Origin: Clostridia bacterium
GTDB taxonomy: Bacteria > Bacillota > Clostridia > Oscillospirales > CAG-272
Length of the DNA: 57,154 nt
Direction: 5' to 3'
NCBI GenBank assembly: GCA_017505785.1
Contig: JAFVOQ010000003.1
Coordinates: forward strand, 1 to 57,154
The notes beneath the pieces are model-generated. The model was not told where the DNA came from and ran no database searches. It worked only from the letters and a program-made list of their open reading frames with translations. The translations under genes were made by a program, and so were the position numbers. This document shows, piece by piece, positions 9,556 to 18,458 of the stretch; the first letter of the stretch is position 1, and every line of letters starts with the position of its first letter.

Positions 9556-11013
9556 TTATTTCCACTTGCCAAGCTCCTCAAGCTGCTCCTGCTTTTCGCG
9601 CTCCTTCTTTACTTCTTCGTTGTGCTTTTCTGTGTCATGGAACGTTTCCCACATGCAGATCCATACCCAAATACAAGCGGGCACAAGACCGAGGAAAAAC
9701 GAGAACGGTTTGGCATCACTGCTGAAAAAGGGAATATACACAAAAAAGACCGGTGTGAAGGCGAGCGTAATGGTTTGCAGCCCTCGAAAGGCTTCTTTGA
9801 TGCATTTATGCTCGAATTCAAATGATTGCTTAAGATCAACGACGTTGTGATAGATATAAGCACGCTGTTTGTTGTTTATCATAGAGAGCTTGGTGTGCAG
9901 CTTGCTTGTATAAAACAGGGCAAGGAGCGTGTTGCACACGGCGTAAACGGCGGGGATCCACGATTTTTTTACAAAAACCACGTTATCGGGGTTTTTTAGA
10001 GCAGCAAAAGCTACAAGTGCGGCGGTGATAAGATAGTAAAGAGTCCAAAAGCCAATGCGCTTGAGTAGTTTTTTTGGCTCAATATCGCTTTTGGATCTTT
10101 GCCAAGTGTTGCGCCATGGTGGGAGGCTTTTCCGTTTGTACTGCTCAAGGGTGAGCGTATAGACCTGCCCCTCGCAATCGGCATAATAAATCACACCGTT
10201 ATAGGGGCAGATCAGCTCGGGCTCCACGTCAAAGCCAAGGGCGTACATGTTAATATCTGCAATTTGCCTGCCCTCGCGCACGTCCATGATCTGCATACGT
10301 GGCGGGTGCTTGACGTTTTCGGGATCGCGCACAGTACCGCCCTCGATTGATACGAGCATGCCGTCAAACAGGCAAGCTCCCTGCAGGTAGTGCGCCCAAG
10401 AGCCGTCAAATTGCGCAAGGATATTTTCCTTTGTCAAAACAACGCATTTGAGTCCTTGATCGTCTAAGATCTCGCCGTCGGTGGGGGAGGGCATATCAAA
10501 GGCAAAATAACGGGTCGCGGGCTCCTTGTCGCGCATGATAAAGGCGTAAAGACGGTTTGTTTCACTGTCCAAGATAAAGTTACCGTAAGGACGTTTGTCG
10601 GAGCCGTCCTCCATCGATTTCCAAAGGGTGAGATCCTCTACAAATCCGATTTTTATTATCTGCACCAACTTAGTGGAAAAGCTATCGCCCTGCCGTGTGA
10701 TGCGGTAAGCGCAAAGCATGCCCTCTCGGCGATCCGCAGCCTTTTTATAGTTGTTGTAAATGTTGGTATAGAGCAGCGGAAATTCATCGTAGGATTTTAT
10801 TTTTTCTGTGCCGAAAAACACAGTGTTGCTATGAGGGGAATATTCATCCGCCCGGTCAAGCACAAACTCCGAAACAAGTGTCTTTTTTTCAAGATCGTAC
10901 ACGTAGCAGTGTCCTCGGCTGTCAAAACGGAACAAAAGACCGTTATAAATGGCGCCGTCTTGACCTTTCTCGATCTTCATATATTTTTCATAGGTTAAAG
11001 CGGTATATTTCAT
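9556..11013 (-). CDS. Hypothetical protein: N-terminal beta-propeller-like domain (~290 aa) fused to a ~4-TM membrane domain
   Basis: 485-aa ORF whose ATG abuts the deoR stop. The N part is beta-strand-rich with GQDGA, PHSN, YLQG and EPE motifs. The C part has hydrophobic helices and a charged tail. Confidence 0.75.
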   Translation of the reverse strand: MKYTALTYEKYMKIEKGQDGAIYNGLLFRFDSRGHCYVYDLEKKTLVSEFVLDRADEYSPHSNTVFFGTEKIKSYDEFPLLYTNIYNNYKKAADRREGMLCAYRITRQGDSFSTKLVQIIKIGFVEDLTLWKSMEDGSDKRPYGNFILDSETNRLYAFIMRDKEPATRYFAFDMPSPTDGEILDDQGLKCVVLTKENILAQFDGSWAHYLQGACLFDGMLVSIEGGTVRDPENVKHPPRMQIMDVREGRQIADINMYALGFDVEPELICPYNGVIYYADCEGQVYTLTLEQYKRKSLPPWRNTWQRSKSDIEPKKLLKRIGFWTLYYLITAALVAFAALKNPDNVVFVKKSWIPAVYAVCNTLLALFYTSKLHTKLSMINNKQRAYIYHNVVDLKQSFEFEHKCIKEAFRGLQTITLAFTPVFFVYIPFFSSDAKPFSFFLGLVPACIWVWICMWETFHDTEKHNEEVKKEREKQEQLEELGKWK

Positions 11014-11808
11014 TTATTCCTCACATTCGGGGGCGCGGTAGACTGTTACACTGTTGGATTCAAACAAATTGAGGGTTTCCTCGGCGATTTCCCCCCCCTC
11101 TTCGGTGACGATCGCATCGATCTCGGCAAGATCCGCAAAGGCATAGGTTGAACGCACGTCAAATTTACTTGAGTCTGTTGCCACACAGCAAAAGCGTGCG
11201 TGGTCTATCATTGTAGACATAATGATGCCTTCCTCAATATTTGAGGTCATGACATCGCGTCCGCTGATCGCAGAGATGCCGAGAAAAGCCTTGTTGAATG
11301 TGAACTTTTTGAGCATATCTACGGCAAGCGAGCCGCCCGTGTAATGCTCATCTGCACGCATGATGCCGCCAAGCATAATGACCTCACCGGACATTAGATT
11401 TTGGCGCATGCGGTTTTGCAAAACAGCGGCGATCTTAATGGAATTTGTCACCACCAGCACGTTGCGCGCCGAAATCGAGGCGGCAAGCACCTCCATTGTG
11501 CTGCCGCTTGAAATAGCAATGGTATCGTTATCTTCAATCAGATTTTCGGCAATAAATTTGCCGATCGATACCTTGGCACTGTGGTTTCGTTGGTGGCGAA
11601 TGTCATAGGTATCCTCGCGCACGGCAAACTGAATCGGCACAGCACCGCCGCGCACCTTTTTGAGAAGATTTTTTTCGGAAAGAAAATTGATGTCGCGGCG
11701 TATTGTTTCAATGGAAACATTGTATTTTTTGGCAAGCTCGGAGATAGAAACCTCGCCATTTTTAATTGCTTGTTCCTTGATTTGACGTTGACGTTCTGAT
11801 GTCAGCAT
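11014..11808 (-). CDS. DeoR/GlpR family transcriptional regulator
   Basis: ERQRQI..VSISELAKKYNVSIETIRRDI HTH, RGGA, SGST, VTNS, DSSKF sensor motifs. Confidence 0.93.
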   Translation of the reverse strand: MLTSERQRQIKEQAIKNGEVSISELAKKYNVSIETIRRDINFLSEKNLLKKVRGGAVPIQFAVREDTYDIRHQRNHSAKVSIGKFIAENLIEDNDTIAISSGSTMEVLAASISARNVLVVTNSIKIAAVLQNRMRQNLMSGEVIMLGGIMRADEHYTGGSLAVDMLKKFTFNKAFLGISAISGRDVMTSNIEEGIIMSTMIDHARFCCVATDSSKFDVRSTYAFADLAEIDAIVTEEGGEIAEETLNLFESNSVTVYRAPECEE

Positions 11809-11870
11809 ACGGTAACTCCTTAAGAATCGGTCTTGTTTTTTAGAAAGTAAGCCTCTTGAGCTGTAAAATT

Positions 11871-12082
11871 ATCTTATCACAAAACACACCAAAAGTCAAC
11901 ATTTTAGTGTGGAGTTTGCGAAAAATCCAACAAAGAAATGTGGTGTTTGGGCGAAAAGCAAAAAAACCACAAAACTCCACGCACTGTTGTGGTGTTTCGT
12001 TGGATTTTTTTTGAAAAATCCGCAAAAAATATGAGGAATTTTGCCCGAAAGTATTGACAATGGCTTGCATTTATGCGATAAT
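11871..12082. promoter_or_regulatory. Divergent sigma-A promoters with repeated TGTGGWGTTT operator-like motifs
   Basis: Minus strand: TTGACT-17-TAAGAT (11899-11871). Plus strand: TTGACA-17-GATAAT (12054-12082). Repeats at 11908, 11939 and 11988, with inverted copies at 11963 and 11972. Confidence 0.7.
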
Positions 12083-12132
12083 ATATGGTGGAAATTTTCT
12101 TGTTTCTATGAATAGAAAAAGGGGCTGAATTT

Positions 12133-13638
12133 ATGAAAATTTTGCTTGGCGGCCTCAATCAAGAGGTCAACTCTTTTTCGCCCGGTAAAACGACCGAGGC
12201 TGAATACAAAAGAAAGCAGTATTTGCTTGGTGATGCACTCATCAAGGCTGCCTCGGAGCACGTACGCGCATACTCGGATCTTTTCGATGCGGTGGGCGGC
12301 GCTTACAACGTGCTTGTGGGCGGCGGTGCTGAGGTCATTTCCGGCGGCTTTGCCGGTGCACAGTCGGGCGGCATCATTGAGCAATCGATGCTTGACGGTT
12401 ACATCGCTCACATTAAAGAGGTTACGCGCCGGAGCCTCCCGCTTGACGGCGTGGTGCTTGTGATGCACGGTGCGGCGCAAAGTGACTGCAGCGACGATCC
12501 CGAGGGTGATATCATTGTTGCCGTTCGTGAGATCGTTGGAGATAACGTGCCGATCTCGGTATCGCTCGACCTGCACGGAAACGTTACCGAGCGCATGGTG
12601 AAAAACGCCAACACCATTTCGCTCTACCAGCATTATCCCCACGTGGATATTTGGGAAGCGGGGGAGCGCGCCGCGCGCCTTTGCCTTGGGCTTGTGAAGG
12701 GCGAGATCGCCCCCAAAATGGCGTACGTTCAAATCCCTATGATCGTGCCTGCCAGCGCATATACCACCGAAACCGAGCCGCTTGTTTCCTTAATGAATAA
12801 AGCACACGCTTACGTGGCTGAAGGAAAGCTGCTTGATTTCTCTATCTCGCAGATGCAGCCCTGGCTTGACGTTAAGGACGGTTACAGCTCCGTTGTTGCG
12901 ATCGGCGAGGATGCAAACGTGGCAGCAGATATTGCAAAGGAGCTTGCGGGTGAGCTTTGGGAAATGCGACATGCGTTTACAACCGAGCTCTCAAGCGTTG
13001 ACGAGGTGATTGCGATCGCCGAGAGAAACGAGAGTGGCAAGCCCGTGATCTTAAATGACTTTGCCGACTCCGCCAATGCAGGGGCGGCAGGGGACAGTGC
13101 CGAGGTCATCGAGCGAGTTTTGGCACTTGGCTCTGACGTACGCGGTCTTATGTACCTCAACGACGCCGAGTTTGTTGCCGCTTGCTGCGAGGCGGGTGCC
13201 GGTAACACGGTGAAGGCTTCGCTTGGTGCTACGATCAGCAAAAAGCTTTACACCCCCGTACCGGTTGAGGCTGAGGTCAAGGCGCTCTTTGACGGTAATA
13301 TGTTCATTCACGGCAATTTTACCAATTACGGCTCCTCGGCGGTTGTGAAGATCCGCAACATGATCGTGGTGGTTACTACCCAGCATTTTTATCACGGCGA
13401 TCCTGCGCTCTACCGTGCCTTCGGCTACGACCCGATGGATTTCCAAATGGTGGTCGTCAAAGCATGCACATCCTTCCGCGCGTTCTACGGGCCCCTCACA
13501 GATCTCATTTACCCCGTTAGCACAAAGGGTCCTGCCACGGCAAACCTGTTGTCCTTGCCCTTTGAAAAGCTCCCCCGTAGCTTTTATCCCTTCAGTGACG
13601 GTGAATTTACCCCAACCGTAAATGCGTGGGGCAAATAA
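12133..13638 (+). CDS. MlrC-like M81 family metallopeptidase/amidohydrolase
   Basis: Motifs QEVNSF, VMHGAA..DPEGD, SLDLHGN, YPHVD, QPWLDV, DFADSANAGAAGD, VVVK..SFRA. Confidence 0.9.
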   Translation: MKILLGGLNQEVNSFSPGKTTEAEYKRKQYLLGDALIKAASEHVRAYSDLFDAVGGAYNVLVGGGAEVISGGFAGAQSGGIIEQSMLDGYIAHIKEVTRRSLPLDGVVLVMHGAAQSDCSDDPEGDIIVAVREIVGDNVPISVSLDLHGNVTERMVKNANTISLYQHYPHVDIWEAGERAARLCLGLVKGEIAPKMAYVQIPMIVPASAYTTETEPLVSLMNKAHAYVAEGKLLDFSISQMQPWLDVKDGYSSVVAIGEDANVAADIAKELAGELWEMRHAFTTELSSVDEVIAIAERNESGKPVILNDFADSANAGAAGDSAEVIERVLALGSDVRGLMYLNDAEFVAACCEAGAGNTVKASLGATISKKLYTPVPVEAEVKALFDGNMFIHGNFTNYGSSAVVKIRNMIVVVTTQHFYHGDPALYRAFGYDPMDFQMVVVKACTSFRAFYGPLTDLIYPVSTKGPATANLLSLPFEKLPRSFYPFSDGEFTPTVNAWGK

Positions 13639-13685
13639 TTTAGTTTGAAAGCAATTTAAAATGCTTAATAGATAAGGAGAACACT

Positions 13686-15125
13686 ATGAAAAAGACAGAT
13701 GTTGTCATCATTGGTGCCGGCGCCGTAGGCAGTGCGCTTGCCCGTGAGCTCTCGAAGTACCAGCTTGACGTGACCGTAGTTGAAAAGAACGCGGACGTTG
13801 GCGGCGACAGCTCGAAATCGAACAGTGCAATCATTCACACCGGCTACGATGCAAAGCCCGGTACGCTCGAGAGCGAGCTTGTGGTTGCGGCAAACCCCAT
13901 GTACGATGAGATTTGCAAGGATCTTGATATTCCTTTCAAGCGCATCGGTGCGATCCTGCCCGCGTTTAACGACGAGCAGATGGAGCAGCTTCCCGCGATC
14001 AAGCACAAGGCAATGCAAAACCGCGTTTACGACGTTGAGTACAAGACCGCGGCAGAGCTGCTTGAAATGGAGCCTGAGCTCAACCCCGAGGTAAAGGGCG
14101 GTCTGTTCATTCCTCGCGAGAGCATCATCGATCCGTTCCTGTTCTGCATTGCACTTGCTGAGAACGCAGCCGACAACGGCGTGCACTTCGAGCTTGCAAC
14201 CAAGGTTATCGGCATCGAGCAAAAGGACGGTGCGGTTACGACCGTTAAGACCGACAAGGGCGACATCGAGTGCAAATACATCATCAATGCCGCAGGCCTT
14301 TACTGCGATGAGATCGCTTCCTTCGTTGGTAAGAACGATTACTACGTAACGCCCCGTAAGGGTCAGTTCTACATCCTTGACAAGAAGACCTCCTGCAAGG
14401 TTAATTACATCGTGCTTCCCATTCCTACCAAGGTTACCAAGGGTAAGCTGATGTGCCCCACCATGCACGGCAATATGCTTGTTGGTCCTACTGCAGAGGA
14501 TATGCTGGATAAGGAAGATAAGAGCACCAATACCGAGGGCCTTGAGAGCATCGCTGCCGATGTACGCAAGATGATCCCGCGTGTCAATCTTCGTGACTCT
14601 ATCACCCAGTACTCCGGTCTTCGCGCACAGCGCAATCCCGAGGGTCTTAACATTGACATGTACGACGATCTGAAGGGCTACGTTAACATTTCCGGCGTGC
14701 GTTCCACGGGTCTTACCAACTCCGTGGCAGTTGCCAAATACGTTGCAGACCTTCTTATCGAGTCCGGTATGAAGGCAGAGCCTAAGACCGACTTCATCAA
14801 GACCCGCAAGGGCACCCCCCACTTTGCAGAGCTTTCCGCTGAGGAAAAGGCAGAGCTTATCGCAAAGGATGCTCGCTACGGTAACGTGATCTGCCGTTGC
14901 GAAACCATTACCGAAGGTCAGATCTGTGATGCGATCAACCGTACCCTTGGTGCTCGTACCGTTGACGGCGTAAAGCGTCGCGTACGTGCAGGCATGGGTC
15001 GTTGCCAGGGCGGCTTCTGCGGTCCTCGCGTGATCGAGATCATTGCTCGTGAGCTTGGCATTTCTCCCGACGAAGTTTGCAAGAACAACGAGGGCTCCGA
15101 AATGCTCACAGGCTTTGTAAGATAA
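13686..15125 (+). CDS. FAD-dependent oxidoreductase (GlpA/LhgO-like) with a C-terminal BFD-like [2Fe-2S] domain
   Basis: GAGAVG FAD motif, SKSNSAIIHTG, PRKGQF, GPTAED. Fe-S motif CRCE..GRCQGGFC. Confidence 0.9.
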   Translation: MKKTDVVIIGAGAVGSALARELSKYQLDVTVVEKNADVGGDSSKSNSAIIHTGYDAKPGTLESELVVAANPMYDEICKDLDIPFKRIGAILPAFNDEQMEQLPAIKHKAMQNRVYDVEYKTAAELLEMEPELNPEVKGGLFIPRESIIDPFLFCIALAENAADNGVHFELATKVIGIEQKDGAVTTVKTDKGDIECKYIINAAGLYCDEIASFVGKNDYYVTPRKGQFYILDKKTSCKVNYIVLPIPTKVTKGKLMCPTMHGNMLVGPTAEDMLDKEDKSTNTEGLESIAADVRKMIPRVNLRDSITQYSGLRAQRNPEGLNIDMYDDLKGYVNISGVRSTGLTNSVAVAKYVADLLIESGMKAEPKTDFIKTRKGTPHFAELSAEEKAELIAKDARYGNVICRCETITEGQICDAINRTLGARTVDGVKRRVRAGMGRCQGGFCGPRVIEIIARELGISPDEVCKNNEGSEMLTGFVR

Positions 15126-15142
15126 GAAAGGAGTGCATCAAA

Positions 15143-16384
15143 ATGGCTGAAAAGATTTATGACGTAATCGTTGTCGGCGGTGGCCCTGCAGGCCTTGCCG
15201 CTGCTGTTGGCGCAAAGGAAGCTGGCGCTAAGGATGTACTTATTGTAGAGCGTGACGTAAGCCTTGGCGGTATTTTGCAGCAGTGCATTCACCCCGGCTT
15301 TGGCTTGAAGCACTTCAATGCAGAGCTTTCGGGCCCTGAGTATGCATACCGCTTTATTGAGAAGGTAAAGGCTACCGATATCGAGGTTAAGCTTGATACT
15401 ATGGTGCTTGAGGTTGGCGACCACTCGGTGGTTGGTATCAACCCCAAGGACGGTCTGTTTGTTGCCAAGGGCAAGAGTATCGTGCTTGCTATGGGTTGCC
15501 GTGAGCGTACCCGTGGCGCGATCATGACCCCCGGCACGCGTCCTGCAGGTGTTTACACCGCAGGTGCCGCACAGCGTCTTGTCAACCGTCAGAACATGAT
15601 GGTTGGTAAAAAGGTTGTGATTCTTGGCTCCGGTGACATTGGCATGATCATGGCTCGCCGTATGACCCTTGAGGGCGCAAAGGTTCTTGCTGTTGCAGAG
15701 CTTATGGACTACACTGCAGGCCTTACCCGTAACCGCGTACAGTGCCTTGATGACTTCGGTATTCCGCTTCTCCTTTCTCACACCATTGTTGAGATCAAGG
15801 GTAACAAGCGCGTTGAGGGCGTTGTCATTGCCGAGGTAGATCCCGCAACCAAGAAGCCCATTAAGGGTACCGAGGTGCTCTACGAGTGCGATACTCTGCT
15901 TCTTTCCTGCGGTCTTATCCCTGAGAACGAGCTTACCAAGGAGGCCGGCATTAAGATCAACCCGATCACCAACGGTCCCGAGGTCAACCAGTTCATGCAG
16001 ACCAACTTTGAGTACGTGTTTGCTTGCGGCAACGTAGTACACGTAAACGACCTTGTAGATAACGTAACCGACGAGTCTCTGCGTGCAGGCAGCTATGCCG
16101 CACAGTACGCAGCTGGCACTCTCCCCAAGGCTGCCGAGATCCCCTCTGTTACCGGCAACAACGTTCGTTACATCTGCCCGCAGAGAATCTGCCCCGAGGC
16201 TCCCGCAAAGCTCTTCTTCCGTGCAGCAGCTCCCAAGCTTGGCGTTACCATGAAGGTTTATGCCGACGATAAGGAGATCTTCTCGAAGAAGCTCATCAAG
16301 ATCAATCCCGGTGAGATGGAGCACGTTGAGGTTAGCCCCGAGGATATGAAGGGCGTTTCTGCTATCAAGATCGAAGTGGTCTAA
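15143..16384 (+). CDS. NAD(P)/FAD-dependent oxidoreductase (pyridine nucleotide-disulfide type)
   Basis: Motifs GGGPAG, GGILQQCIHPGFG, AMGCRER, GSGDIG, ACGNVVHVNDLVD. SD AAGGAG precedes ATG 15143. Confidence 0.9.
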   Translation: MAEKIYDVIVVGGGPAGLAAAVGAKEAGAKDVLIVERDVSLGGILQQCIHPGFGLKHFNAELSGPEYAYRFIEKVKATDIEVKLDTMVLEVGDHSVVGINPKDGLFVAKGKSIVLAMGCRERTRGAIMTPGTRPAGVYTAGAAQRLVNRQNMMVGKKVVILGSGDIGMIMARRMTLEGAKVLAVAELMDYTAGLTRNRVQCLDDFGIPLLLSHTIVEIKGNKRVEGVVIAEVDPATKKPIKGTEVLYECDTLLLSCGLIPENELTKEAGIKINPITNGPEVNQFMQTNFEYVFACGNVVHVNDLVDNVTDESLRAGSYAAQYAAGTLPKAAEIPSVTGNNVRYICPQRICPEAPAKLFFRAAAPKLGVTMKVYADDKEIFSKKLIKINPGEMEHVEVSPEDMKGVSAIKIEVV

Positions 16385-16401
16385 GAAAGGAGTAAGGTAT
16401 T

Positions 16402-16767
16402 ATGGTAACCAAGGATATTATTTGTATTACTTGCCCCCAGGGCTGTATCATTAAGGTTTGCGGCGACCCCGAAAAGGGTGAGATCGTTAGCTGTGAGGGC
16501 TTTAAGTGCAAGCGCGGCAAGGCATATGCTGAAAACGAGTTTGTACATCCTCTTCGTATTCTTACCTCTTCGGTTAAGACCGCCGGTGCCGCTGTTCCGC
16601 TTGTGGCAGTGAGAACCGCTGCTCCCATTCCGAAGGAGCTGCAGATGCAGGGCATGGAGGAGATCAAAAAGCTCACTGTTTCGGGTAAGGTTGTACCCGG
16701 TGACGTGATCGTTGAAAACTTCCTTGGCACAGGTGTTGCACTTGTTGCATCCGGTAGCCTGGAATAA
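16402..16767 (+). CDS. DUF1667 family Cys-rich small subunit
   Basis: Motifs CITCPQGC..GFKCKRG..YAENE, RILTSSV, GDVIVEN. Confidence 0.88.
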   Translation: MVTKDIICITCPQGCIIKVCGDPEKGEIVSCEGFKCKRGKAYAENEFVHPLRILTSSVKTAGAAVPLVAVRTAAPIPKELQMQGMEEIKKLTVSGKVVPGDVIVENFLGTGVALVASGSLE

Positions 16768-16782
16768 TTCTATCGCTTGTTT

Positions 16783-16822
16783 TAGGGATCGGCTCAGCTT
16801 TGAGCCGATCCTTTCTCTTTTT
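16783..16822 (+). terminator. Rho-independent terminator of the mlrC-oxidoreductase operon
   Basis: AGGGATCGGCTCA-GCTTT-TGAGCCGATCCTT followed by a T-rich tail. Confidence 0.8.
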
Positions 16823-16917
16823 CCCGTGAACGAATCGTTCATTTTTCTTTAAAATATTGATTTTTAAGGATATTTGTGCTATACTAATATATCATTAAGC
16901 TTTGAAGGAGTGGCACT

Positions 16918-17688
16918 ATGCTTTTTGCGGTTGATATCGGAAATACCAACATTCATGTGGGCGCTTTTAAAAACGATCAATTAAAGGCTACTTTTTCACT
17001 TGGGCTTGATATGCGGCGCACCGCGGATGAATACGCGATGCTCTTGCGAGCACTCTGTGCTGATAAAGGCGTTTTGTTAGATGCTGTTACAGGTGCGGTT
17101 TTGGGGTCTGTGGTGCCCACCGTCACGCCGGTTTTTCTCCATGCGCTGAAAGCTCTTTTGGGTGTGCCTGTTACCGTGGTTGGCCCCGGTGTAAAAACCG
17201 GCTTTTCCATTCGGCTTGATAACCCTGCGGAGCTTGGAGCCGATCTCGCCGCCAATGCAGCCGGGGCAATTGCCTGTGTGGGTGCGCCTGTGATCATTGT
17301 TGATTTCGGTACGGCAACCACTGTCATTGCAGTTGATGAAAGATCAGCACTGCAGGGCGGCGCGATCATGCCGGGCGTAGGGATGTCGCTTCATGCGCTC
17401 GACGGCGCTGCGCTCCTGCCCGATGTCCCCGCATGTGGGGGAGTTGAGGCTCTTGGAAAAAACACACCCGACTGTATGCGCGCAGGTGTTGTGCGTGGCG
17501 GAGCCATGGCGGCTTGCGGGCTTGCAGAGCAGTATAAAAGAATATTGAAGCTACCTATGAGCACACCCTTGGTGGTGTGCGGCGGCTATGCCGAGGTAAT
17601 GCGTGCCTATTTGCCTGCAAATACGCAGTATATACCCGAGCTCACCCTGTGTGGGCTTGCGGCAATTTATAGGTTAAATCAAAAATAA
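16918..17688 (+). CDS. coaX: Type III pantothenate kinase
   Basis: Motifs AVDIGNT, SVVP, LGAD, VDFGTATT, GGAIMPG, GKNT. Upstream promoter TTGATT..TGCTATACT. Confidence 0.92.
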   Translation: MLFAVDIGNTNIHVGAFKNDQLKATFSLGLDMRRTADEYAMLLRALCADKGVLLDAVTGAVLGSVVPTVTPVFLHALKALLGVPVTVVGPGVKTGFSIRLDNPAELGADLAANAAGAIACVGAPVIIVDFGTATTVIAVDERSALQGGAIMPGVGMSLHALDGAALLPDVPACGGVEALGKNTPDCMRAGVVRGGAMAACGLAEQYKRILKLPMSTPLVVCGGYAEVMRAYLPANTQYIPELTLCGLAAIYRLNQK

Positions 17689-17695
17689 TAACAGA

Positions 17696-17793
17696 ATAAT
17701 ACCGCGCTTCGTGCAAGGAAGATACCCACGGGATCTTACCCTGTCAAGGCGTTGTGTTATATAAATTTTCGCCGTATCCAAAAGGGAACGGCA
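17696..17793 (+). ncRNA. Candidate structured cis-regulatory leader of the ECF S-component
   Basis: Nested stems ATAATAC/GTGTTAT, CGCTT/AGGCG and AAGAT(A)CCC/GGGATCTT, plus a second hairpin GCCGT..ACGGC next to the SD. Confidence 0.4.
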
Positions 17794-17807
17794 GTAAGGA
17801 GACTTGT

Positions 17808-18425
17808 ATGAGAACAAGTAAAAAAAGATTAAATGTTGTAGGAATGGTAGAGCTTGCGCTACTTACCGCGGCGGTGCTGATTTTGCAGCTCGCGGGCGTG
17901 GCAATCAAATTACCCTTTCTTGGCACACCCGTTAGCCTTGTCTTAGTTCCAATCGCACTCGGTGCGATGCTGCTTGGGCCCATGGCAGGCGCTTGGCTTG
18001 GCTTTGTGTTTGGCATGGTGGTATTTGTGGTGTGTGGCGTTATGGCAACCGATCCCTTTACGGCGATGCTGTTTGCGGATCACCCCGTGCTTACGGCACT
18101 GACTTGCCTTGTAAAATCTACACTTGCGGGCTTTTTGTCGGGCACGGTGTATCGCGCCGTGCGTCAAACAAAGCCCCTGCTGGCTACATTTTTGGCAGCA
18201 GGCATTGCGCCGGTTGTAAATACGGGCGTGTTTGTGCTCGGCTGTGTTACAATGATGGATACGGTATCCGGTATTGCACAGGGAATTGGACAAAGCTTTC
18301 TTTATTTCGTGATTATCGGTTGCGCGGGGTTAAACTTTATTTTTGAAATGATTCTTAATATGGCGCTCTCTCCTGCGCTTTGCCGTGTTGTGGGCATTAT
18401 CACAAAACAACAAAAAAGGCGTTAA
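17808..18425 (+). CDS. ECF transporter S component, probably pantothenate (PanT-like)
   Basis: Six hydrophobic helices with LALLTAAVLILQ, SLVLVPIALGA and APVVNTG motifs. Adjacent to coaX. Confidence 0.82.
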   Translation: MRTSKKRLNVVGMVELALLTAAVLILQLAGVAIKLPFLGTPVSLVLVPIALGAMLLGPMAGAWLGFVFGMVVFVVCGVMATDPFTAMLFADHPVLTALTCLVKSTLAGFLSGTVYRAVRQTKPLLATFLAAGIAPVVNTGVFVLGCVTMMDTVSGIAQGIGQSFLYFVIIGCAGLNFIFEMILNMALSPALCRVVGIITKQQKRR

Positions 18426-18458
18426 TTCGTATTTGAAAGAACGAAGGGGGTATTGAAG

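Noticed and set aside
11880-12000. Short repeats as a possible CRISPR array
   Set aside because: Units are only ~10 bp, irregularly spaced and in both orientations, with no cas genes. They fit operators better.
12133-13638. Microcystin degradation (mlr) cluster
   Set aside because: There is no mlrA, mlrB or mlrD, and M81 family membership does not imply that substrate.
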